Notes: generated by a model from the letters alone, not told the origin. A stretch of 64,000 nt of DNA from Acidobacteriota bacterium (GCA_963663035.1 OY760074.1:1440001-1504000); one strand, 5' to 3'. Numbered from the stretch's first letter, positions 54,391 to 64,000 are shown. A program made the numbers and translations.

Positions 54391-55238
54391 GTCGAGGCTC
54401 TGTTTGTATGCTGGCCGCGTGTCTCTCCCTGGCCATGATCATTGAGGTTGGGTCCCAGAGCGATCCCCTGCCCCTGTTGAGTGAGAAACAAGACTATTCG
54501 GTGCCCTTTCAGGAGGGGGAAACACTTCGCTACGAGGTCAATTGGAAGCCTCTCTTTCTCATTCCGGCTTTTAAAGCCGGTGAGCTGACCTTTAAAATCC
54601 ATGAGTCCGAATACAAGGAGCACCCGACCTACACCATCTCCGCCTCGGCCTTCTCAGCTGGTTTGCTCAGTTCCATTACTGGTATGGAAGTACGGGATTA
54701 CTTCGAGTCCAACATCGATCGCGAAACCTTTCGTTCCTACCGGCTATTGAGACAGGTTCGCCAAAACAAGCGCAAAAGAGACCTGGAAGTTTTCTTTGAG
54801 TATGAACACAACACCATCCAGGTGCATGAGACCAATCTGGCGATGGATCCACCTGAGGAGGTTCACAAGACGATTGAGGGAATCCCCGGACCCATCACCG
54901 ACATACTCTCGGTCTTCTATGTGGCCCGGCTGCACCAAATGGAGCCCGGTCAGGAGTACCTGCTCCACTTGAGTGAGCGAGGAGAAGCCAAGCAGGTCCG
55001 AATCCAGGTCCAGCAATACGAAAAGGTGCAAACCGCCGTCGGCGAGTATGACTCCGTTCGGATCAGCACGGTGGGTGGACTCTTCCGGGATGGAGGGGAC
55101 TTTCGCATCTGGTATTCCAAAGATCAGCTGCGCATTCCTGTTCAATTCGAAGCTGAAGTGAAGTTCGGCAAAATTTACGGAACGGTTATCGGTATAGAAA
55201 CGCCCCAAATGAGCCGCACTGTGATTGAGATCGAGTAG
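54381..55238 (+). CDS. DUF3108-like exported protein
   Basis: Signal peptide, PFQEGETLRY, IWYSKDQLRIPV. Confidence 0.75.
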   Translation: MDLSRGSVCMLAACLSLAMIIEVGSQSDPLPLLSEKQDYSVPFQEGETLRYEVNWKPLFLIPAFKAGELTFKIHESEYKEHPTYTISASAFSAGLLSSITGMEVRDYFESNIDRETFRSYRLLRQVRQNKRKRDLEVFFEYEHNTIQVHETNLAMDPPEEVHKTIEGIPGPITDILSVFYVARLHQMEPGQEYLLHLSERGEAKQVRIQVQQYEKVQTAVGEYDSVRISTVGGLFRDGGDFRIWYSKDQLRIPVQFEAEVKFGKIYGTVIGIETPQMSRTVIEIE

Positions 55239-55284
55239 GAGGGGAAACTTCCAGTTATGGCGTGGTACAATAAGGGATTCGAAC

Positions 55285-55672
55285 CCGGCAAGTAGAGAGG
55301 GTGATCGCCTTTCGGGCCCGGCCTGGAAGGAGGAAAGTCCGAGCACCACAGGGCAGCGTGCTTCCTAACGGGAAGGGGGGGTGACCCTACGGAAAGTGCC
55401 ACAGAAAACATACCGCCTGAGAATTCTTAGGTAAGGGTGAAAAGGTGGGGTAAGAGCCCACCGCTTCGATGGTGACATCGAAGGCACGGTAAACCCCACG
55501 CGGTGCAAGGCCAAATAGGCTCCGTGTTGTACTGGCCCGGTTAGTCCATCGAGTTTACTCGATGGAGGCGGAGCGGGTAAGCCGCTTGAGGATTGGGGCG
55601 ACTCAATCCCTAGAGGAATGATCACCGCCCTGAAAAGGGATACAGGACTCGGCTTACATCTCTACTTGCCGG
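55285..55672 (+). ncRNA. rnpB: RNase P RNA (type A)
   Basis: GAGGAAAGTCCG, GAAAGTGCCACAGAAA, GGTAAACCCC, ACAGGACTCGGCTTA; P1 helix ccggcaagtagaga/tctctacttgccgg. Confidence 0.97.
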
Positions 55673-55762
55673 AAACTTCTGACCGGCCGATCGGTCGGCG
55701 GACATGTCTTTTCGCGACTGTCACTTTTCTCCTCCGATGATACAATACAGCCTCTCTTGGGT

Positions 55763-55839
55763 GGGGACGTAGCTCAGTCCGGAAGAGCGCCTGACTCGCA
55801 CTTAGGAGGTCGAGGGTTCGAATCCCTTCGTCTCCACCA
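55763..55839 (+). tRNA. tRNA-Ala (CGC)
   Basis: Cloverleaf, G3:U70 pair, anticodon loop CTCGCAC, CCA end. Confidence 0.96.
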
Positions 55840-55850
55840 CCCTTGCTTGG

Positions 55851-57145
55851 TGCATTCCGGACACATAGGTTACAGTTTATTCCGAAGACATAGGTAACAC
55901 CTTTGCACCAAAAGGGTTATTTATAGGTTCAAACCTTCTACTGTCTTCGTCAAAGTAACCGAGGTCGTATTCCATAAACGACACCAGCCAAATTTTCTCT
56001 TTGACCTCTTTGATTCCAACATCTTGACCAGCAAACACCGTGCTGAAGTTGATCTTTTGACTTTTCATACAGATTCTGCCGCAGCTGGTGACGGTCACGG
56101 TGCGATCGTGCATGGGGTACTCGACGCGCCCGATTCCTCGGTAGGGACAAGATGCGGGAGTATAGACCTCGGACGGAAACTTCATGCCCAGGGCCTCATG
56201 AGGTCTCTCAGTATTGTATTCCGCCTGAAAGGCATTAAACCTCTCTTGCTGCTGAAGAAGGTTGTGGGCAGCGGGAACGACTGTGGCCTTCTTGAGGGTG
56301 AGATGAAGGCGCTCATGCCTTCCGTTCTGCTCGGGATGGCCGGGCTTGATCCTCTCGATTCGGATTCCTAGCCTAAGCCACCAGACGGCCAGTCGACTGA
56401 GTCCAAACAATCCGTTGGGTGATGCAAAAGGGACTCCGTTGTCCGTGCGGATCGCTTCCGGCAAACCTAACTCTTGAAAGGTTCTCTCGAATACGGGGAA
56501 AGCACCTCTTTCCTTAACACTGTCGAGAGCCTCGATGGCGAGCAGATAACGGCTGGCGTGATCGCTCACGGTGAGAGGATAACAGTACCGTTTGTCTCCC
56601 AGCATGAACTCTCCTTTGAAGTCGGCAGACCAAAGGTCATTGGGATTCTGGCTGCTGGACAATCGAGTCCCCTCTGCCTTGAACCGTCGCCGTTTTCTAC
56701 AGTTCACCAGGCCGTTGCGATCCAGAACCGCGTGAACTGTGCTCACCGCAGGCGGCCGTACATTCGGAAACCTACGAATCAGGAGCGCCCGAATCTTGGG
56801 AGCTCCCCAATACGGCTTCTCTCGCTTTAGCCTGACCAGGGTCCGTTCCACCTGTTCGGGCAGTTGGTTTCCGTAACGATGCGGCTTGCGGCTCCGATCC
56901 ACCAGGGCGTAAGCGCCGGTGTTTTGATAGCGGTTCCAAATCTTGTAGCCCGTCTTTCTGGATATCCCAAACTCCTCACACAGACGGCTCATGGACTCCC
57001 CATCCAACAGCTTCGCTATAAATCTCATTCTCTCGTCCATCACACAGATCTCCTTCCATGGCATCTCTGGGCACCTCCCAGAAGAAGCCTATAAGTGTTA
57101 CCCATGTGTCCGGTATAATTTGTTACCCATCTTTCGGAATGGGCA
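55851..57145 (-). mobile_element. IS481-family insertion sequence (transposase 55877-57064)
   Basis: MPWKE start, WSADFKG, RTDNG, PEQNGRHER; tandem subterminal repeats; CTTGG duplicated at 55846-55850 and 57146-57150. Confidence 0.93.
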
Positions 57146-57263
57146 CTTGGTGCCACGGATCTGATAGCATTAGGTCGGAGTCCAATTTCGACAGGTGGTT
57201 TGCCGGTGGCTGTCCGGTTGCCGGTCGCCTCCAGAAGCCGAACCCTTCAGCTAGGAGAAGAAT

Positions 57264-57656
57264 ATGGCTTGCCAACACCATCATAAATGCTCCCCTGTCA
57301 TGTTTGCAGCGCTACTCGTGATCACCAGTGCTTTCGTGACTTTCGGTCAAGGTCGGGAGGTCTACGCAAAGCGCTTTGAGATTCTGGATCTGATGAACTT
57401 GAAGCCCGGAATGAATGTGGCCGAGATCAAGAAGGCACTGCGACCGGACGGTCTCTTTTTGCTGATTGATGCCGAGCGGATCACGGGTCTTACCTCGGAA
57501 GGCCGTATGGAGATGGTGCGGTCCGGCAAAGGCACCTTCACCGACGAAATGATCAATGCGGGCTTCAAGTTGGAGGAGGAAATTGACCTGTTCGAGCTCG
57601 ACTACGTCCTCAAGTTCCGCCACCGGCAGATTCAGGAAACGTCGGATACCATGTAG
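57264..57656 (+). pseudogene. Exported class I methyltransferase with an in-frame deletion of the SAM-binding core
   Basis: LKPGMNVAEI is joined directly to KKALRPDG; the GxGxG motif and central strands are missing. Confidence 0.7.
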
Positions 57657-57711
57657 CATTGAAGTATATGCATTTTCTCCGAACAGGGAGAAAGTGGGAT
57701 TGGAGGCAAAA

Positions 57712-58189
57712 ATGAATCGTGGTGCCGCGCGCATGCGAATGACACTGATTGGTGCAGTCCTCACACTTATTGCGAGCATGACCTTATCGGGTCAACGGTT
57801 TCCAACCCAGGAACCCGGTCATTGTCTACAAGAGCCCGACCTGAGGGTGCTGCGTCAAGTGGGTGGGTCACCTACAATCCAAGAATTTTAAGGTCAATAC
57901 GCTTGCAGCGACGAATACCCAGATCAACACCATTAAGGACAAGTATGGGGTGCCGCGGAATCTCCGCTCCTGCCACACCGGACTGGTGGAAAACTATGTG
58001 ATCGAGGGCCACGTACCGGGAGATGTAATCCTTCGTCTATTGATAGAGAAGCCGGCTATAGTCGGAATTGCGGTTCCAGGTATGCCGGTGGGTTCCCCGG
58101 GGATGGAAGGTCCGAATCCTCAACCCTACAGTGTCTATTCGTTCGACAAAGAGGGCCGCGTGAAGGTCTACGCCCAAATTAATCCCTGA
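57712..58189 (+). CDS. DUF411 metal-binding protein; in-frame TGA at a conserved Cys (candidate selenoprotein) and a +1 frameshift after the signal peptide
   Basis: VYKSPT-TGA-GCCVKWVGHL...SCHT...IEGHVP...AVPGMPVGSPGME. Confidence 0.75.
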
Positions 58190-58333
58190 ACTAGTTTACC
58201 TTCGTTTAGCCCGCATTTCTCACACCAGGTCGCCACGGAGCGAGGGTAAGCGGGCGAAAAGACACTATCCGGATAGGCCGCTTCGTCGATGGGGCTGTGA
58301 GCTGGTCTGTTGCAGGTTACGGGTGACTTTCGA

Positions 58334-58723
58334 TCAGTCCTCGAAGCCGTCCCAAAGAGCCTCCCCATACTTATTGGGCTCAGCCTTTCCGGGCAGTAAG
58401 GCGAGAAACAGTGGGCTTATGAATCCGACCAACGGAATAGCCAGGGTGAGGTTCATCCACCCAGACCAGCCAATGTCGTGCCACCGTTTTGTGAAAATCG
58501 CTAGCGACATCCATATGCTTACGCCAAGGATAATCACCATAGGAGCAATCAGGGGAGCAACCAGGAGAAGATTGGGGTCCCCAGTAAGTGGAATGAGACC
58601 TCCAATCTCGATAATTAAGCCCAGCAACATCACTGCGAATATGATCACTGAAAAGTGTGCTACCCAAAATGTGCCAAGATCTATGCGACCCTTAAATGAA
58701 AATAAGATTTCACCGACTGACAT
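58334..58723 (-). CDS. DUF805 family membrane protein
   Basis: LFSFKGRI, KRWHDIGWSGW, NKYG. Confidence 0.9.
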   Translation of the reverse strand: MSVGEILFSFKGRIDLGTFWVAHFSVIIFAVMLLGLIIEIGGLIPLTGDPNLLLVAPLIAPMVIILGVSIWMSLAIFTKRWHDIGWSGWMNLTLAIPLVGFISPLFLALLPGKAEPNKYGEALWDGFED

Positions 58724-58782
58724 GGAACACCTCCATTACCTGTGTATTCTTTCCAGATAATACCGCCAGTAGAAGGGCATAA

Positions 58783-58936
58783 GCAGTGATCGCAGTCACT
58801 ATCGTGAAGGAGAGTTATCGGTGGCTCTACAGGTCCGTAAGCGGTCCATAAAAAAAAAGGGTTTCACCCGAAATCACCCACCTCGCACAGGTAAAACATG
58901 CAATATCACGGTACTGGGCAGTGATCGCAGTCACTA
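58783..58936. repeat. Two identical 19-bp direct repeats GCAGTGATCGCAGTCACTA
   Basis: Copies at 58783-58801 and 58918-58936; each contains AGTGA-N6-TCACT. Confidence 0.85.
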
Positions 58937-59177
58937 GTACTAAAAAATGCAAAGGTAAACTGTGAATGAGCGCAGGGATTTACTATAGCTCTGCTGCTTG
59001 CCATAGAGGCAAGTCCTTCTTCTTTAGAGGGCTTGCCTTTTTTTCTGCCAACCTTTGATTGAAACAATTTTGAGCCAAGTTGATCTAAGAGGAAAGGTAG
59101 AACAGGTTCGGCATATCGTCAGAGAACTTCTATAGACTTTATCCTGGGTTTTTTTGCAAGGAAAAGGAGGGATTGTC

Positions 59178-60185
59178 ATGAAACTCAACAAGTACAACGC
59201 AATCTTTGTTCTCCTGGTGTTCTCTTTCAGCACCCCGGTGATGCTTTGGGCTGCACAGGAGACAGGCACCTTGCCCACCATTCAGGCTCCCCCTGGAATG
59301 ATGGAAACCAAAGGTGTGGTGGTCGAACGCTTACCTGACGGCTTCACCTTGCGCAATGAGCGGGGTTTAGAACTCGCCGTCACCGTCACGGATCTAACCG
59401 TCATCAAGGAAAAGAAACGCAATTTTTTTCGTAAGGCCATCGACTATTCCTCACAACAGCTTCACCTGGGTCTCAAGGTCCAAGTGGAGGGCCATGGTGA
59501 CCGCTGGGGTGCTCTGGTGGCACACGAGATTAAGTTCACTCAGGACGACCTCAAGATTGCCCAGATCATCTCTTCACGGGTTTCACCTGTAGAGATGCGT
59601 GTGCAGGAGGCTCATCTTCGTCAAGACCGTCTCGAGGAACAGAGTGAGGTCATGTCAGGCCACATAACGGAATTGAATGAGGCTTTCGGGATAGCACGAG
59701 GTGAAGCCCAGGATGCTCGAAGTACTGCCGATCGAGCGCTTTCCCGTGTCGATCGCACAGATGACCGCATTTCCGCACTTGACGAGTACACGGAGATGCA
59801 GTTTCTCAGCATCCAGTTTGACTTCAATAGTGCAAACCTTTCACCGAATGCCACAGCAAAGCTCGATGCACTTGGCAGTCAGGTAAAGGGTGTCAAAGGG
59901 TTTCTGATCGAGGTGAGAGGATTTGCTTCATCGGACGGAGACAGTGACTACAACATTCGCCTGAGCGAGCGTCGAGCTGAGTTGGTGGTGCGGTACCTGG
60001 TCGAGAACCTCCAGGTTCCCTTACGACGAGTCGTCACACCACACGGATTCGGAGAGATGAGCCCAGTGGCCGAGAACTCGAGTCTTCAGGGACGCAGAGA
60101 GAATCGCCGGGTGGAAGTTCGCGTGCTCCTCAATCAGGGCCTGGAGTCAGCCCATCTGGATGCCATGTACAAACCCCTGAAGTAG
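59178..60185 (+). CDS. OmpA-family peptidoglycan-binding protein
   Basis: Signal peptide, FDFNSA.L, YNIRLSERRA, ENRRVEV. Confidence 0.9.
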   Translation: MKLNKYNAIFVLLVFSFSTPVMLWAAQETGTLPTIQAPPGMMETKGVVVERLPDGFTLRNERGLELAVTVTDLTVIKEKKRNFFRKAIDYSSQQLHLGLKVQVEGHGDRWGALVAHEIKFTQDDLKIAQIISSRVSPVEMRVQEAHLRQDRLEEQSEVMSGHITELNEAFGIARGEAQDARSTADRALSRVDRTDDRISALDEYTEMQFLSIQFDFNSANLSPNATAKLDALGSQVKGVKGFLIEVRGFASSDGDSDYNIRLSERRAELVVRYLVENLQVPLRRVVTPHGFGEMSPVAENSSLQGRRENRRVEVRVLLNQGLESAHLDAMYKPLK

Positions 60186-60242
60186 ACCCACCTTCTATAC
60201 GCCCATAGGCAGCTGATACACTTTGACGGCAAGAGCGAGCAG

Positions 60243-60294
60243 CCGGGATTACTCATAATCCCGGCTAGCCCGGCTTGTGCATCATCCGGGCTAG
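60243..60294. repeat. Two tandem 22-bp palindromic units, each followed by CTAG
   Basis: ccgggattactcataatcccgg-ctag-cccggcttgtgcatcatccggg-ctag. Confidence 0.7.
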
Positions 60295-60319
60295 CAGTGA
60301 AAAGCGTCGTGAATGCCCT

Positions 60320-61951
60320 ATGGGAAAAAGTGTTTTAGGGAAAAAGCTTTTTGCCCTTTTTTCTCTGGGCTTGTTTTCTGCCCTTATCTTTGGTTACTTG
60401 TGGTGGGGAAGATTTCAGTACTATCACGACCGCTACATCTTTATAGTCTTTGCAGGCGGGCTATTCCTCGTTGCCGCTAACCACCTCTACCACCGCGACA
60501 CCCTCAGAAGGCTGGGTCTTCGAATGGACAATTTTCGAAGGGCTGCCCTTTGGTACGGGGGAACCACACTGGTCCTGGGAGCCGGCATTGCTGCGCTGGG
60601 GTGGCTCAGTGGGGATTTGCGGCTGGATCGCTGGAGTGATCTGGTCACCTATTTCGCCTGGGCAGCAATCCAGCAGTACCTCCTTCAAAACTTCCTGCGA
60701 CTGCGCAGTGAGGATCTGATCGGTTCAGCGAAGACATCTTCTTCTGCTGTTGGAGGCTCCCTCATGCCAGTCTTCCTCACCGCAACGCTTTTCGCACTCT
60801 ATCACCTGCCCAACTATCCTCTGGTCTGCATGACATTTGTGGGTGGATTGTTTTGGTGCTTCTTATATGCTCTGATACCCAACTTCTATTGGGCTTGGCT
60901 GTCACAGGCTTTCCTGGTCACCATCGTTACCGTCTTTTTCAAGTATGACGTAGCGAACCAGTTTCAGGTCGGGTTGCCAGGATACGGCTACCCCTTTTAT
61001 GGAAGCGGGGTCAAAGTAGCGGCCGGTTATGACGCCGACAAGAACCCTGTCATCGCCACTCTTCCCGGTGCCGACAAAGGAACGAAGGCTCGCGTCAAAA
61101 TCTTCACTGTTGGAGGGCTTGCTCTGGCAGAATGGGATGCTTTTGAGGAACTGGAATTCTCGGGCGAGATCTCGGTGGGGGAGCTTGGATTCGGCCCGGG
61201 AGATGAAGTGGCCATTGCAGCGGGACCCGGTCCCAACAACCCTCCTCTGGTTCGCATTTTTGACCTCGATGGCAAGCTTCTTGGTCAGTTTAGGGTGGAA
61301 GACATGGATCGGGGATTCGGGGCCTGGGCCTCGATTGACTGCGGAAAATTATATGTCTCGCCTGGGCCTGGTCCGGGGCGGCCCCAGCAGGTTCTTGAAT
61401 TCAGCCCAGCGGGCCAACTTCTCAGGCAATGGGACTTTGACGACCTGGGCCTGGTCAACGGACTGCGGTCGGCGGCACTCTGTTCGGACACCGCTCTTTC
61501 AGAGAACGGCTCTCCTGTTCCTCAAGGAGAAACAAGTCATCTGCTGATGTGGGCATCGGACATCTCGGTAAACCACTCCACGTTATTTATTTACGATCTC
61601 GTCCAGAGTTCACTCCGATCAATAGAAACACTGGGGACAGACTTTGGAGTCAACCTCACCCTGGTTCAGCTTGCAGAAAATCGCCTGGGGGTGGGGGTGG
61701 CTCCAGGCCCCCTGCACGGCTATCCTCCTCTGATCCAGGGCTTTGATCTGAAGGGGGAAAAACTGTGGGCTTTCTTCGGCTTTGAGGACCCCGACAGTTA
61801 CGGCAGCAACATCGCTGCTGTTGATATCGACGGCGACGGTGAGGATGAACTGGTCCTTGGCGAGGGAATTGGTCCTGAGCGCCCTCCCATGGTTCGCATC
61901 GTCAGGCTCAATGGGCAGCTCGTGACCTCTTGGAGAGCCTACCCAGAATGA
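60320..61951 (+). CDS. CPBP (CAAX protease)-like membrane domain fused to FG-GAP-like repeats
   Basis: TM region with QQYLLQ and FALYHLPN; repeats GPGP...VRIF, DIDGDGEDELVLG. Confidence 0.7.
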   Translation: MGKSVLGKKLFALFSLGLFSALIFGYLWWGRFQYYHDRYIFIVFAGGLFLVAANHLYHRDTLRRLGLRMDNFRRAALWYGGTTLVLGAGIAALGWLSGDLRLDRWSDLVTYFAWAAIQQYLLQNFLRLRSEDLIGSAKTSSSAVGGSLMPVFLTATLFALYHLPNYPLVCMTFVGGLFWCFLYALIPNFYWAWLSQAFLVTIVTVFFKYDVANQFQVGLPGYGYPFYGSGVKVAAGYDADKNPVIATLPGADKGTKARVKIFTVGGLALAEWDAFEELEFSGEISVGELGFGPGDEVAIAAGPGPNNPPLVRIFDLDGKLLGQFRVEDMDRGFGAWASIDCGKLYVSPGPGPGRPQQVLEFSPAGQLLRQWDFDDLGLVNGLRSAALCSDTALSENGSPVPQGETSHLLMWASDISVNHSTLFIYDLVQSSLRSIETLGTDFGVNLTLVQLAENRLGVGVAPGPLHGYPPLIQGFDLKGEKLWAFFGFEDPDSYGSNIAAVDIDGDGEDELVLGEGIGPERPPMVRIVRLNGQLVTSWRAYPE

Positions 61952-63402
61952 GATTTCCCTTCAACCCCCCGGATTCGGAGAATTGGGAAGCGAAGCTCTT
62001 CTCTCTTATCCTGGCCTTTGGGGCACTGTTGAGGTTCTCCAACCTGGGACAGAGCCAGCTCTGGGTAGACGAGATCATACAACTGCAAACCTTCTCACAG
62101 GCAAGCTTCAGAGAAAGCCTTGCTGAGGTGACCAGGATCGTAGCTGCCACCCCCCTCGATTTTATGGTCCAACAGCTTTTCGTGACCATATTTGGTCAGT
62201 CAGAATTCGGTGCCAGGTTCCACGCAGCCCTCTTTGGCAGCCTCTCCCTTCCCTTGCTCTATTTGATCGGCAAGAGATTCTTCTCGACTCAGGTCGCTCT
62301 TTTGGGAATGCTCCTTTTCGCCCTCTATCCTCTGCACCATCAATACTCTCAGGAGGGCCGCAACTATGCGCTTTTCTGTTTTTTATCCCTGTCCTGTTAC
62401 TACGTCCTTGCCCGGGCAGTGGGAAGCAGTAGGCCCGGCTGGTGGATCTTGTTTACTGTCGTGGCCACTCTCCTTCTGTATACCAATTACTTTGGAGGGG
62501 TCCTGTTGGTATCGCAGACTGCCTTCCTGCTTTGCCTCAGATCAGAACGAATCAGGCGTTCCCTGAACTTTCCACTCGGCGCTTCATGGCTACGGATTTT
62601 TCTGTTATTCCTGCTGTGTGGAGGCGCGGCTGCAGTCTCCTTTCTCCCCTGGTTGTTGACCACACTGGACAGGACAGTCTGGGACTCTGCAAACCTCTTC
62701 TCAGAGTTGGGGCTTTGGCTGCGCATCGTGAAAGAAATCAGCGGCAGCGGATACCCACTTTCTCTTTTGTTATTGGCGTTTTACGCACTTGGCCTTAAGC
62801 AACTTCTGAGCAGTAGACAGTGGGCGGGAGCGAGCTTGCTACTCGCTTGGTTCCTACTTCCCTTCCCCATCATCCTGTTTCTCGACTGGTCTCGCCAGTA
62901 CTTTTTCCCGATTCGCCAGTTGCTCTTTACAACACCGGCTTTATACCTTGGGCTTGCCGTCGGCATTTATCATTTGCCTCGCTTCTTTCGCAACCAGACA
63001 ACAGGTCAGAGAATCCGCCTCACAAGCCTCTTACTGATCGCCGCCCTGTCTGTCGGCACCATCTACACTCACGTGGGGAGAGAACAGGCAGACTGGAAGG
63101 GTCTGGCTGAATACATGAGGGAAAAGGTTGGAGGCGATGACCTCGTGTCCGCCCCCAGCACCTGGAACCTGATCTCCTACTATTATCCGGAAATGGTGGA
63201 CCGCAACCTGCACATCGAAGAGCTGGTCGAACCGCAAGAAGCCTCCCTGAACCGGCCGGAACAGAACATCTACTTGATCGAATCGATCTACATGACTGCC
63301 CAACAAAGCGAAATGGTCAACGATTTCCTGTCGGCTCACAGTGTGAGCCAGGTGCACCAACTGCCGGGTTTCAAGGTCCATCACTTGAAGGAAGTGCGAT
63401 GA
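61948..63402 (+). CDS. GT-C glycosyltransferase (family 39/PMT_2-like)
   Basis: LRFSNLG..QLWVDE, YSQEGRNYA, multi-TM. Confidence 0.88.
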   Translation: MRFPFNPPDSENWEAKLFSLILAFGALLRFSNLGQSQLWVDEIIQLQTFSQASFRESLAEVTRIVAATPLDFMVQQLFVTIFGQSEFGARFHAALFGSLSLPLLYLIGKRFFSTQVALLGMLLFALYPLHHQYSQEGRNYALFCFLSLSCYYVLARAVGSSRPGWWILFTVVATLLLYTNYFGGVLLVSQTAFLLCLRSERIRRSLNFPLGASWLRIFLLFLLCGGAAAVSFLPWLLTTLDRTVWDSANLFSELGLWLRIVKEISGSGYPLSLLLLAFYALGLKQLLSSRQWAGASLLLAWFLLPFPIILFLDWSRQYFFPIRQLLFTTPALYLGLAVGIYHLPRFFRNQTTGQRIRLTSLLLIAALSVGTIYTHVGREQADWKGLAEYMREKVGGDDLVSAPSTWNLISYYYPEMVDRNLHIEELVEPQEASLNRPEQNIYLIESIYMTAQQSEMVNDFLSAHSVSQVHQLPGFKVHHLKEVR

Positions 63403-63419
63403 TGCCACTCCAGCCGTCT

Positions 63420-63497
63420 GGCCCGTGGGCTAAAGCCCACGGCTCTGACTACTTTGGGCTCAGCATCAACAGAGCCGTAGGCTTTAGCCTGCGGGCC
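63420..63497. repeat. REPIN-like inverted pair of REP palindromes
   Basis: ccgtgggctaaagcccacgg and ccgtaggctttagcctgcgg within 28-bp inverted arms. Confidence 0.8.
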
Positions 63498-63638
63498 CAC
63501 TGTCGGTTTCCCGACATCCAGTAGCGGATTGTGCCAACCATCACCGTCACACTCTTTTGTTACCCATATCATTGAGCATTGGTTTCTCTACAAAAATCAT
63601 TGGGAAGTGGTTTGAATACTGGAAAGAGAGGGAAATGA

Positions 63639-64000
63639 ATGAAAAATATAATGAAAAAGAAATTCCTCGTGTTGCTTGGCTGCACGCTCCTGGTTGCCCT
63701 TGTGGCTATCCCCAACGCTCTCGGGAATCCCAATCCACGGGTGACGGTCCTCTTTGGAGGCTCATTTTTAAATGGGGAGCGAGCCTTTGATATCAGTGGT
63801 GATTCCTTTACCTCCAAATTCCTGAAGGGAGGCAAAACGCGCCTGCGGGGCAGTTTGGACCTCACTGAGCATTGGACTTTGGAAGGAGACTACAGCTTTG
63901 GTCATAATGACCAACGCATCACGGACCTGTCGGGAGTCACACCCGTCGAGACCGATTTCGGGGTCTCTGTGGGCCAGTTTCACTTCAACATGATACGCTT
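63639..64000 (+). CDS. Outer-membrane beta-barrel protein (partial; runs off the window)
   Basis: Manual translation MKNIMKKKFLVLLG... signal, then amphipathic strands (WTLEGDYSF); open to the end. Confidence 0.65.
   Translation, partial: MKNIMKKKFLVLLGCTLLVALVAIPNALGNPNPRVTVLFGGSFLNGERAFDISGDSFTSKFLKGGKTRLRGSLDLTEHWTLEGDYSFGHNDQRITDLSGVTPVETDFGVSVGQFHFNMIR

Noticed and set aside
58783-58936. CRISPR mini-array
   Set aside because: Only two 19-bp repeats with a 116-bp spacer, and no cas genes in the window.

Overview
64-kb bacterial chromosome segment, probably from an Acidobacterium (inferred from SecY/MreB motifs and typical kinase remnants). The conserved core (27.5-55.8 kb) holds the complete str-S10-spc-alpha ribosomal cluster on the minus strand (without infA), a divergent LPS inner-core/ADP-heptose operon, RNase P RNA, tRNA-Asn and tRNA-Ala. 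Both flanks are accessory regions with six IS copies (2x IS3, 2x IS256, IS1380, IS481) and many gene remnants. Most interesting observations: (1) a DUF411 metal-binding gene with an in-frame TGA at a conserved Cys, followed by a SECIS-like hairpin (candidate selenoprotein, though it also has a frameshift); (2) a 273-bp structured MITE inserted precisely at the rpsH stop codon; (3) an orphan, diverged copy of the RNase P RNA 3' end within a mosaic of gene fragments; (4) a terminator/antiterminator-like leader upstream of rpsL; (5) 22-bp CTAG-punctuated palindromes matching the IS1380 ends; (6) an insertion in the L22 tunnel hairpin. All family calls come from motif recognition by eye; no searches were run.
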